From positions 32,001 to 96,000 of IMG/VR virus record IMGVR_UViG_2595698524_000001: a DNA stretch of 64,000 nt. One strand, written 5' to 3'. Shown here piece by piece: positions 1 through 8,523 of the stretch. A program made the translations under genes and the position numbers. The DNA is from a virus (Duplodnaviria; Caudoviricetes). The notes under the pieces are model-generated. The model saw nothing but the letters and a program-made list of their open reading frames with translations. It searched no databases and was not told the DNA's origin. How positions within the stretch are numbered: the stretch's first letter is position 1; each line of letters starts with the position of its first letter.

Positions 1-2
1 AC

Positions 3-149
3 CACAACACCATCATAGGTCGTCGTTCTGCTGTCCCAATGTTTTTCTATGAGGGCCAGCAAGATTACCTTGACAACATCGGCTTTTGGACCGACCGTGT
101 GCGTCCTGCGTCTCTGTATGACGGGGCGATGCCGGCGGTTAAGAAATAA
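3..149 (+). CDS. C-terminal fragment of probable non-virion RNAP beta' C-terminal subunit (phiKZ gp74-like), partial
   Basis: Open frame HNTIIGRRSAVPMFFYEGQQ...PAVKK* to TAA 147-149; RS..MFFYEGQ resembles beta' C-terminal motif; directly upstream of SF2 helicase as in phiKZ-like phages. Confidence 0.55.
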   Translation, partial: HNTIIGRRSAVPMFFYEGQQDYLDNIGFWTDRVRPASLYDGAMPAVKK

Positions 150-152
150 ACT

Positions 153-178
153 GAGGGGCTCCGGCCCCTCTCTTTTTT
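153..178 (+). terminator. Intrinsic terminator
   Basis: GAGGGGC-TCCG-GCCCCTC then T-run. Confidence 0.75.
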
Positions 179-190
179 GTGAGGGGCAAG

Positions 191-1891
191 ATGTTCGTCA
201 TTAACGTTATGCATACCAGCATGGGCTTTCGAATAGAAGTGCCCGTGAGGGTTATCGAATTAGCCATTTTAAAGTTCGCTGAAGATAACTTGCATGCGCC
301 CAAGATGGGGCGCGACCATGGGAGAATTACCGTCGAAAAGGGGGACGCCTATTACGTACACGTTCCTTCGATGAACTGGTTCTACTTCCACAAGGACTAC
401 TTCCATCGCATTAAGCAGATTGTTCTGAACACTGCGATTGAGTACAACAAGCAAGTGGAGGTGAAGGAACACACCTACCAACGCGGTGAGCCGTACAAGT
501 GCGAATTCGATAACTATGGATTTCAGATGGAAGTGACCGACCCTGAGTCGCGTTTCTACTATCAGAATGAAGTGGTAGAAAAAGCACTTGACCCGCTGTA
601 CCTGCAGATTATCTTTGCCATCCAGACAGGGAGAGGTAAGACAAAATCAGCACAAAAGGTCATGGTGAAACGCGGTGTTCGCACCGTATTAATCCATCGC
701 CCCACTTACGTAGCCAAGTGGAAGTTCGACTGTATCGACGATGAAACCGGTCTGCGTGTGGATGAGAAGCACGTGTACGTTGCGCAGGGAACGCAAGGTA
801 TTTATGACCTGATTGAAGACGGTCGAACCGGCAAGCTCGACAAAATGGGTATAAAGGTGGTTATCCTCCCGACGGTGTCACTGTTTAACTTCATGAAGGA
901 AGCGATTGCAACCATGGCGTCAAGCCCGGTGAACTTCGAGTCTTTCTACGACGATATCGGTGCCGGTCAGGTGGTGTACGACGAAGTGCACGAACACTTC
1001 CTGTTGGTGTACCTCAGTGGGATTTTGTTGAACCCGCCGTACTCACTGGAGATGTCTGCTACCTTGAAGCCGGGCGCTGCGAAGAAGTTTATCGCTGACC
1101 GTTATCTGGAACGTTTCCCGATGCGCTTCCGCGTCAGTGTTCCTTATATCCCAGTGGTGGATATCCGTGGCCTGTACTACAGCATTGATGACCCAAGCTT
1201 TATCAGGCGTGTGGGTCGCATGTCGCCGTATAACCACAAGTTGTTCGAGCAGCAACTTATTAAACACAAGCTTGAAGATTCGTACTTCTCGATGGTGTTT
1301 GATATCATGAAGCGGTCCTTCCTCGATAAGTATGAGCCGGGTCAAAAAGCGTTGGTATTCTTCTCCTTAGTAGAAATGTGCGTCGCGTTCACAAAGTATG
1401 TGAAGCACCGACTGCGTAACGGAGATGGGCCAAGCGGACTGACCGTGGCGAAGTACAATGCGGGGGACAGCTACGACGAGTTCATTGCTGCAGATATCGG
1501 GGTCTCGACTCCGGGGAAAGCAGGTACCGCAATTGACATACCCGGTTTGGTGGTGGCTATTGTTACCATTGCAATCGATGACCGTCAGTTGAATGAGCAG
1601 ATTGCTGGTCGTCCACGTGAAGTGACTAAGTGGGACTTAACACCAAAAGTGTTTTTCCTGCATTGCAGTGAAATGCCAAAGCACTTGCAGTATTTGGCGT
1701 CACGGCAAGAGTCGCTGAAGGAAGTAGTGAAGTCGTTCCTGACTTCATTCTCCCCTTACGTTATAAGGAAAACGCATGCTAGCTCCTCCTTCTCCGGCAG
1801 TGCCCCTACCGCCGTATCAAGGTTTAAGTCTATCAAGCCTTCTCGAAAAGGTTTTACGGGCTTACCCGGCCGTCGAGGACGCCGTCGTTAA
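191..1891 (+). CDS. Superfamily 2 (UvsW/Rad3-like) DNA helicase
   Basis: Walker A QTGRGKT, DEVH, SAT, motif VI QIAGR; ATG 191 after GAGGGG preferred to GTG 179. Confidence 0.85.
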   Translation: MFVINVMHTSMGFRIEVPVRVIELAILKFAEDNLHAPKMGRDHGRITVEKGDAYYVHVPSMNWFYFHKDYFHRIKQIVLNTAIEYNKQVEVKEHTYQRGEPYKCEFDNYGFQMEVTDPESRFYYQNEVVEKALDPLYLQIIFAIQTGRGKTKSAQKVMVKRGVRTVLIHRPTYVAKWKFDCIDDETGLRVDEKHVYVAQGTQGIYDLIEDGRTGKLDKMGIKVVILPTVSLFNFMKEAIATMASSPVNFESFYDDIGAGQVVYDEVHEHFLLVYLSGILLNPPYSLEMSATLKPGAAKKFIADRYLERFPMRFRVSVPYIPVVDIRGLYYSIDDPSFIRRVGRMSPYNHKLFEQQLIKHKLEDSYFSMVFDIMKRSFLDKYEPGQKALVFFSLVEMCVAFTKYVKHRLRNGDGPSGLTVAKYNAGDSYDEFIAADIGVSTPGKAGTAIDIPGLVVAIVTIAIDDRQLNEQIAGRPREVTKWDLTPKVFFLHCSEMPKHLQYLASRQESLKEVVKSFLTSFSPYVIRKTHASSSFSGSAPTAVSRFKSIKPSRKGFTGLPGRRGRRR

Positions 1892-2153
1892 GTTATGTGA
1901 AGACTCGGTGACTCGCCGAGCTTTCCATTACTACATGGTGACCGAGCATTACGCTGGAATGTTTATCACCCAACGCGGAAAGACGTACTACGTAACTCGT
2001 GTTAGCAGCATCCGCAATACCGCCTCGTATGAGCAGTATAGTTGGGTACTCTGGCACGATGACCAATCCGGTACGTCGGTAGACGAGAACCCGAAAGTGG
2101 CCTATCGCTTGTATTCACACAAGTGGATGGACTGGGTTACCGTTAAACATTAA
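1776..2153 (+). CDS. Hypothetical protein
   Basis: 125 aa ORF overlapping helicase 3' end, followed by hairpin and T-run. Confidence 0.55.
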   Translation: MLAPPSPAVPLPPYQGLSLSSLLEKVLRAYPAVEDAVVKLCEDSVTRRAFHYYMVTEHYAGMFITQRGKTYYVTRVSSIRNTASYEQYSWVLWHDDQSGTSVDENPKVAYRLYSHKWMDWVTVKH

Positions 2154-2219
2154 TAACAAGGGGGACATTCATTATGTCCCCCACTACCCTTATTTTTTTG
2201 ATAAAAGGAAATAACGAAC

Positions 2220-2840
2220 ATGTCTCGTCGTAAAAAGAAACCGTCCTATAATCCGCGCTCTGGCGGTCGTAAAGAGATCTTCGGTGCGGTACAAAACATC
2301 CTGCGCTGCGAAGACAAGTGGAAAGACCACGCCGAGCGTGTAGGTCTCATGATTGAGCAAGAGCGCGAAGCTGTTGCTAAACTGGAAGACGAACAGAAAA
2401 AAGCGATCGCTGAACCGGCACTGGAACGTATGTACGCCGCTTTTGTTGGCTGGTTGGACCATTACAACAAAGTGTACGCTGACGCCAGTGTGCGCGCTGA
2501 CCAAATCGGTACAACCGCGCTGGAAATGGTGAACACCAAAGACGTTAAGTGGAAAGACATTGAGCTGATGCTTATTGAACCGACCGCTTCACTGGCGGAA
2601 CTGGATGCAGAAATGACCAACATGCTGCTGACCGCTACCTCTTCTATTCTTCCTGCGATTGCTGAATACCAGCTGAAAACTGGCGACGGTAAAGACAATG
2701 CCGACATCGCCGCGGTGCTGGAAGCTATTCAGGCCAACGCAGCACCTCTTCCGGAGCCGGCCTTCGAAGCTGTTGACGAAGACACCACCCGTGAAGATCG
2801 CGCCGAAGACGCGTTCGAGCGCGCATCCGCCCAGTCTTAA
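2220..2840 (+). CDS. Hypothetical helical protein, basic N-terminus
   Basis: AAGGA SD; biased codon use; MSRRKKKP start. Confidence 0.8.
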   Translation: MSRRKKKPSYNPRSGGRKEIFGAVQNILRCEDKWKDHAERVGLMIEQEREAVAKLEDEQKKAIAEPALERMYAAFVGWLDHYNKVYADASVRADQIGTTALEMVNTKDVKWKDIELMLIEPTASLAELDAEMTNMLLTATSSILPAIAEYQLKTGDGKDNADIAAVLEAIQANAAPLPEPAFEAVDEDTTREDRAEDAFERASAQS

Positions 2841-2860
2841 TCTGTAGGGGTATCTGACCA

Positions 2861-5023
2861 ATGAGTCAAGAAACTGAAAACCAAGGTCGCCCATTTATGG
2901 GTGGCCCTGCTCACCATGTGGACGAAGCACTGCCGTCCGCTGAAGACCATGGCTTCAAAAAGATTGATGAAGAGGATTACGATCCGGAAGCCGCCCGTAA
3001 ACTGTGGTTAGAAACACGTGAGCGTGAGCGCAAAGCCGCACTGGAGGCAGGGAATGGTGGTGAAAGTGGCAATAGTGGGGGGCATGCCTCTCCGACTGCG
3101 CGCGTTATCAATCCAAGCGCTCCTGCTGGCGGGCGTGCAGATAGCGAGCGAGCAGGAAGTGGAACAGGACAGGAAGTCGAGACAGCCGTTCACCGACACG
3201 TCGATCCTACCCCTGTGCAAATCCCTGTTCAGCAGCCCGTGGAACGGCAAGTTTCCACAGCACCCGCCGCACGAGCTGCATCCGAAGCAGTTCCACACGT
3301 TGACGCTGCCCCGGCACAGCCGCAGCATGCGCCGACCCAAACGCAGGAAGTGACGCATGGCATCAAGCAAGAAACCACGCAAGCGCAAGGCGCGGAAAGC
3401 GTTTTACAACGACCAGCGTCTGGCGGACAGGAACGAGGACATGTCCAACAACCTGTCTCGCCAGTCAGCCCAGCTCAACAGCCAGCTGCAGATGCTGCGC
3501 CGGCCGCAGCAGCGGATGACTCAGCTACGGACAAGACGCGTCGCATAGCGTCCCTGCTGGAATCTCCGGTACCGCGTGGTGAACGTAGCGAGTTGATGAA
3601 ACTCGATGACGATGACCCGGTTGGTATGTTGTCGGGTATGGCACTGGTCGGTGGTCTGCGTAATCTGGCGCAGTCATCCAAAAGCTTCAATGCGTTCTTC
3701 CGTACGCTGGAGCGTAATCAGGAAGGTCATCCGGTCTTCCGTTCGCCGCAAGAAGAGGATATCTACAACCGCATCCTGCAGATTATGCAGATCGCGTCCC
3801 CTTCTATGCAGAACGGTAATCAGGCTCAGTCCGAAGCTGCGCTGCGTGAAGACATCCAATGGCGTCAGGAACTCGATACCGGTTCAGATGAGAAGTTCGT
3901 CATCAAGAACCATCCGAAACAAGCGCACGGTTTGATGAAGTCTATCTACCGTCGTCAGAACTCGGGTGCGCCGGTTACGGTATTCCTACCTGCGTCGGGT
4001 TTCTTTATCACGTCGAAAGCGCCGCATGAAAACGATTTCTGCGACTACGACGTGGCGCAGACCATGGATACCAATCAGGTAGGTCTGTCGACCTTCGGTA
4101 TTCTGCTGTCCGCATCGTCTGGCCTGTATCTGAAGCACATGGTTAACTTCGCCCTGAAATTCGTCGTGGATACCACGCTCGATATCGGCGACGGTGACAT
4201 GCATCAGACGCTGTATGCGAAAATCGATGAACGTGACTACTGGCTGGTTGTCATGGCATGCACCATTGCGAAATACCCAGGCGGTATTCCGTGGCTGATG
4301 TCATGTACTGAACCGCAGTGTACGTTTGAAGAAGAGCAGAAGCTGAACATCGCCCGCTGCATTCGTTACGCGAACGGGATTCTGTCGCCGACTCAGCTGG
4401 CCATCATTAACCGCCAGCGTGAAGGTGAACCGTTAACCTTCGACCAGCAGAACGAGTATCGTCGTCAGCACGTGGTTGACCCATCCTCCAAATGGGAAGA
4501 CAACGACCTGACCTTCCGCTTTGCTCACGCGTCAATTGCTCGTTATATTGACACGTCTGAAGAGTGGGTGGCGGACATTAACCAGTCCACGACCGATGCG
4601 TTGGGTAACTATGCGACAGAGCAAGAGCGTAACAGCTACATGCGTACTGCCGCAGAGACCCGTCGTCTGACTCGTTACCTGCACTTCATCGAATCCATCA
4701 CTGCGAAAGCAGAAGGTGATGATGAGCCGTACGTTGAACGCGACCCGATTAAAATCCGTGAAGCGCTGGTTGCATTGTCTTCTGACCGTGCATTCGTTTC
4801 ACGCTTTGAAGCGGCTATCGAGAAGTTCAACGAGCGCAGTCGTCTGGCCATCTTTGGCTACATGTCCCATCGCTGTCCGCAGTGTGGTGCACAGACGGGT
4901 GAGAAAGATGGCGCGTTCCGTGGTATCGTTGAGATTTCACCGGACAGACTTTTTTTCGTGCTCTCTCGAGTGGTGTACGAGATTCAGAAACTCTTAACCG
5001 ATCAATACGAAAATATTGGTTAG
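2861..5023 (+). CDS. Putative tail/baseplate assembly chaperone with disordered N-terminus and Zn-binding Cys pairs
   Basis: About 230 aa P/Q/A-rich N-terminus; CTEPQC and CPQC motifs like T4 baseplate-hub assembly proteins; slippery T7 near the end. Confidence 0.6.
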   Translation: MSQETENQGRPFMGGPAHHVDEALPSAEDHGFKKIDEEDYDPEAARKLWLETRERERKAALEAGNGGESGNSGGHASPTARVINPSAPAGGRADSERAGSGTGQEVETAVHRHVDPTPVQIPVQQPVERQVSTAPAARAASEAVPHVDAAPAQPQHAPTQTQEVTHGIKQETTQAQGAESVLQRPASGGQERGHVQQPVSPVSPAQQPAADAAPAAAADDSATDKTRRIASLLESPVPRGERSELMKLDDDDPVGMLSGMALVGGLRNLAQSSKSFNAFFRTLERNQEGHPVFRSPQEEDIYNRILQIMQIASPSMQNGNQAQSEAALREDIQWRQELDTGSDEKFVIKNHPKQAHGLMKSIYRRQNSGAPVTVFLPASGFFITSKAPHENDFCDYDVAQTMDTNQVGLSTFGILLSASSGLYLKHMVNFALKFVVDTTLDIGDGDMHQTLYAKIDERDYWLVVMACTIAKYPGGIPWLMSCTEPQCTFEEEQKLNIARCIRYANGILSPTQLAIINRQREGEPLTFDQQNEYRRQHVVDPSSKWEDNDLTFRFAHASIARYIDTSEEWVADINQSTTDALGNYATEQERNSYMRTAAETRRLTRYLHFIESITAKAEGDDEPYVERDPIKIREALVALSSDRAFVSRFEAAIEKFNERSRLAIFGYMSHRCPQCGAQTGEKDGAFRGIVEISPDRLFFVLSRVVYEIQKLLTDQYENIG

Positions 5024-5412
5024 ACAACGTCGGCTTAAGCCATGAAACCCTGATTAACACGCTTAAGCTTGACACCACCTCTCTGTTTAAGCGTCGCGAT
5101 CATCGGGCCGTGACCTACCAAGAAGCGTTTGACGAGCTGATGGCCTCGTACGACGCCTCCTTGGAATTAGACACGGGGCGGTTTCACGTGGGGATGTCCA
5201 GTCAGGAAGACCCACTTGCTAACTCGCTGTACCAGATATGGGTGGAGACGTTCATTCGTGAGGATGTTTTCAAGTATACCGGGATGAACCTTGACCAGTT
5301 CTTAGACCAGCCGCGTTGGAAGATTGAGATGCAGTTAAAAGCTATCAAGCGTCGCCATCAGGACGAGAACGCACTGGCCACCGAAATACAGAACAGCCTA
5401 CCGAAAGACTAA
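4933..5412 (+). CDS. Downstream -1 frame ORF (annotated start GTG 5110); probable frameshift extension of 2861..5023
   Basis: Frame open from 4933 with no ATG or SD before 5110; C-terminal FKYTGMNLDQFLDQPRW resembles tail chaperone extensions. Confidence 0.65.
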   Translation, partial: DFTGQTFFRALSSGVRDSETLNRSIRKYWLDNVGLSHETLINTLKLDTTSLFKRRDHRAVTYQEAFDELMASYDASLELDTGRFHVGMSSQEDPLANSLYQIWVETFIREDVFKYTGMNLDQFLDQPRWKIEMQLKAIKRRHQDENALATEIQNSLPKD

Positions 5413-5415
5413 ACG

Positions 5416-5444
5416 GGTGCCCTTCGGGGCACCTTTCTTTTTTT
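5416..5444 (+). terminator. Intrinsic terminator
   Basis: GGTGCCC-TTCG-GGGCACC plus T-run. Confidence 0.85.
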
Positions 5445-5483
5445 GTCGCAATCGTATGTATCCACCATTAGGACCTTACAGTC

Positions 5484-6347
5484 ATGAACGAACTATACAA
5501 CTTCTACGCCAACTGCTTAATCGAGGTGCGCCATCCTGAGCGCGCTGCGCCGTTGTGCGAGTTGGTGATGATGGCCATCGACAACGATTACGAACCTGCA
5601 CTGGAGCAGATTTATAATCTGGAAATGGATGACGTTGCTACGCACATCGACACGCTGGAAGGTTGGATTATCAGCTGCGTAGTAGGGTTAGGTCATCGAC
5701 TGGGTATCGCTTTTGATGCCGACACCTGCTACCGCAATCCGCGTATTCCGCTGTTGGTATTAAAAGCCGTACTGGAAGACCTCGAGAACTTCGAGGACTA
5801 TGAACATTTGCAAGCGATTGCTGAATCGGGCGAGCCGGAAGTGATTGTGTTGGAAAACATGATTCGCTACGTGCGCGGGGATGATTTCTTTGAGATTGGT
5901 TCCGCGATTACGCTGGTAGAGCCACGCATCATGAACGTCATCGGCAACTTCCTGAACGCACGGGCAATCACTGACCAGGCGACGGCAATTGACGATGCTG
6001 AACTGCAACGTTTGGCTAAGTACATTCTGCTGTACCCTGAGAACCCATCCGTCTGGGCTTTCCAGAACGCTGCGCGTACCACTGAGCCGAATGTGTTGGC
6101 AACCACGCTTGTGTTTGAGAACACCGGTGTGCCAGAAGAACGCCTGCTGGAGATTTACGCGGTCGGGATGTCCATTTACAACAACGACACCTTTGACGGG
6201 GCGTATGCCGCACTGGAACAGCGTCTGGCAATTATCAATAACGATGCATTACCTGCCATGCCTATTCTTAAATCGGCGGTAGAGTCACTGCGCGCGATTT
6301 ACGAGGTCACGAATGGACAAGCTTCATTACCTGATAGCGGCGTGTAA
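5484..6347 (+). CDS. Conserved virion-associated protein (phiKZ gp79/SPN3US gp41 position)
   Basis: 287 aa, AGGA SD, preceded by TATG late-type motif, upstream of vRNAP subunit. Confidence 0.6.
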   Translation: MNELYNFYANCLIEVRHPERAAPLCELVMMAIDNDYEPALEQIYNLEMDDVATHIDTLEGWIISCVVGLGHRLGIAFDADTCYRNPRIPLLVLKAVLEDLENFEDYEHLQAIAESGEPEVIVLENMIRYVRGDDFFEIGSAITLVEPRIMNVIGNFLNARAITDQATAIDDAELQRLAKYILLYPENPSVWAFQNAARTTEPNVLATTLVFENTGVPEERLLEIYAVGMSIYNNDTFDGAYAALEQRLAIINNDALPAMPILKSAVESLRAIYEVTNGQASLPDSGV

Positions 6348-7608
6348 CAGTCACGCGTGGAAGCGACTGACGTGGCGCATGTCTATCTTTAACGTGTGCC
6401 GGTTTCCGGAGAACGTGGAGCCGAAAGCATACGACCTGAATTTCATTGACGGCATTCCGCACTTCTGGAACGTGGATGAAGATTCGTTGGGGAACTGGGA
6501 AGCGATTGCCGGAACGAAAAAGGATGAAGAACTGTTCTGGCCGGAAGAAGAAATCGCGATTAAGGCGGGGGATTATCCGGGACTGAATAAAGACCTGATA
6601 ACCTCAGCGGGTCGCTATGTCGCCAACTGGATTGTGGTGTACTTCTCAGTGGGCACTCGCTTACCTTATCTGGAAGACGGCACTTCGTTCTTGGTTTATG
6701 AGAACGAACTGTATAGCCGTTGTCTGGAATACGGCACGGATAAGCCGGACGACACGGAAGCGTTGCGCCCGAGCCATGTAGCCGCGTTTATACAGGGCCT
6801 GAGCGAGCTTTCTCCAATGTGTAAGGCGATTGCACCGACAGGCACGTTGCGTTCGTTAGAGACGCATCCAGACCTGTATAAGGTACGTGATGCTTTGCTG
6901 GAGAAGCACAAGGATGAGCTGGATGACCCGGCTGTCGTGGTGAAGATTCAGAAGATTCTGGATGACATGGATACCGAATGGTTGCAGGGCGACCAGTCAA
7001 TCGAGTTCTATAAGTCCAAGAAATCCCGCATGCGTCGTCGTAAGCTGCTTATCATGCACGGGATTGAAGCCGCCTTTAAAGAAGGCGGTGATTATACGCT
7101 GATTCCGACATCGCTGATTGAGGGCGGTGACCTGACCAAACTCGTTGAGAAGTTCAACGGGGTGCGTGAGGGTTCCTTCTCCCGTGGTGCCGAAACAGCA
7201 AAAGGTGGTGAACAGGTTCGAATCATCCAGATGATTTTCCAGAACCACCGTATCACCTCTGACGATTGCGGTACGAAGCTTACACATCTCGTCTTTATTA
7301 ATGAGGCGAATGTCACTCGCTATATCGGCATGAACATGGTTGAGACAGGGAAGCTTGTCCCGTTAACCAAGTCGATGCTGAACGGTATGGTGGGCAAAGC
7401 TATCCGCATTCGACGTCCTATCTTATGCCAACGAGGTCACGTTGACACTTGTGCCGGCTGCTCCAGCGTTGCAAAGTCGAAAGAAGAACGAGCGATTGCC
7501 GCGGATATTTCCGGGGCGATGTCGAACGTTATGTTGAACGCAATGGGTGCAATGCATGGCCGAGATACCGTGGTGGCCGAATTCAAACCCCGATTCCACA
7601 TTACCTAA
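6313..7608 (+). CDS. Virion RNA polymerase beta' middle subunit (phiKZ gp80/SPN3US gp42-like)
   Basis: beta' motifs REGSFSRGAETAKGG (bridge helix), DDCGT, RRPILC...CAGC Zn site, LNAMGAMH (trigger loop). Confidence 0.88.
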   Translation: MDKLHYLIAACNSHAWKRLTWRMSIFNVCRFPENVEPKAYDLNFIDGIPHFWNVDEDSLGNWEAIAGTKKDEELFWPEEEIAIKAGDYPGLNKDLITSAGRYVANWIVVYFSVGTRLPYLEDGTSFLVYENELYSRCLEYGTDKPDDTEALRPSHVAAFIQGLSELSPMCKAIAPTGTLRSLETHPDLYKVRDALLEKHKDELDDPAVVVKIQKILDDMDTEWLQGDQSIEFYKSKKSRMRRRKLLIMHGIEAAFKEGGDYTLIPTSLIEGGDLTKLVEKFNGVREGSFSRGAETAKGGEQVRIIQMIFQNHRITSDDCGTKLTHLVFINEANVTRYIGMNMVETGKLVPLTKSMLNGMVGKAIRIRRPILCQRGHVDTCAGCSSVAKSKEERAIAADISGAMSNVMLNAMGAMHGRDTVVAEFKPRFHIT

Positions 7609-7618
7609 GGAACTAGTC

Positions 7619-8200
7619 ATGGGAAACCAAGATAAGAACAAACGGCAGTCTACCGCTGAACAGTCCACCGTTGTAGAAACCACCGGTGTGTCACAGGACG
7701 CTGCCCGCCCGGAACTGACCTCTGCCGCGGCTGCTGACCCGCAGACCATCGCGCCTGCTGGTACTATCAACGCCGAAGAGCAGAACGACCTGAAACTGCT
7801 GGGTCAGTTGCTGGAAGAGTACAGCGCAAACTCCGGTATGCATGTTGACCTCAACAGCTCGAAGTCCAAAACGGCGTTCACCAAACTGCACCACGCTTTC
7901 CGCCTGCTGTTCAAACAGCGCGGCACCGCATTCAAACAAGCCTTCGCCCTGTTCGTGAAGTCTGTGGTTGAAGCGAAAACCAAAGCGTACCATCCGAAAG
8001 TGGTTAACTACCATCTGGATAACCTGAACGCTGACGAGCAGACCGCGTTTATCGTGTTCATCAACCTCGTCACCCGCTTTGCCCGTTTCGACAACAAGGC
8101 GAAGTTCGCGAAGAACACCAACGTGTCTCGCCTGACCGAACTGGTTTCCGATCCGGAACTGAAAGGTCTGCTGGACGAAGTGTTCCTCGTCAAGCACTAA
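7619..8200 (+). CDS. Hypothetical protein, probably highly expressed
   Basis: AAGGA SD before ATG 7619; optimal enterobacterial codons. Confidence 0.8.
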   Translation: MGNQDKNKRQSTAEQSTVVETTGVSQDAARPELTSAAAADPQTIAPAGTINAEEQNDLKLLGQLLEEYSANSGMHVDLNSSKSKTAFTKLHHAFRLLFKQRGTAFKQAFALFVKSVVEAKTKAYHPKVVNYHLDNLNADEQTAFIVFINLVTRFARFDNKAKFAKNTNVSRLTELVSDPELKGLLDEVFLVKH

Positions 8201-8214
8201 AAAATAAAAGGCAC

Positions 8215-8256
8215 CCTACCTTCCCTCGCGGGAAGGTAGGACCTTTATCTTTTTTT
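8215..8256 (+). terminator. Intrinsic terminator
   Basis: CCTACCTTCCC-TCGC-GGGAAGGTAGG plus T-run. Confidence 0.8.
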
Positions 8257-8257
8257 G

Positions 8258-8278
8258 GATAGATATCATCAGGGTGAC
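8258..8278 (+). promoter_or_regulatory. Putative early (vRNAP) promoter, degenerate
   Basis: GATAGATATCATCAGGGTGAC aligns with the 21-nt motif at 23510, 30900, 56184, 62041. Confidence 0.5.
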
Positions 8279-8335
8279 AGAACAATCCCGTCTCTGTTTG
8301 AGGTTAACACCTTACAATGGTTGAAAGGAGTGAGA

Positions 8336-8464
8336 ATGAAAAGTCCTACACCCAAGACGATACCTGTCCGCCAGCCTTCGTTGGCCGACACAATTAAACT
8401 GATGGCTAGTCTGACAGGACGACCATCACGTGTTCCCGTTTCTGCAAAATCAAAGGAGTTTTAA
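8336..8464 (+). CDS. 42-aa basic microprotein
   Basis: AAAGGAG SD, ATG 8336, own promoter motif and downstream hairpin. Confidence 0.55.
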   Translation: MKSPTPKTIPVRQPSLADTIKLMASLTGRPSRVPVSAKSKEF

Positions 8465-8470
8465 TTTAAT

Positions 8471-8494
8471 AGGGTGGTGTTAGCGCACCACCCT
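8471..8494. terminator. Hairpin between convergent genes (likely bidirectional terminator)
   Basis: AGGGTGGTG-TTAGCG-CACCACCCT. Confidence 0.6.
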
Positions 8495-8523
8495 ACTACT
8501 CCATATAATACTTATTTTTTTGT

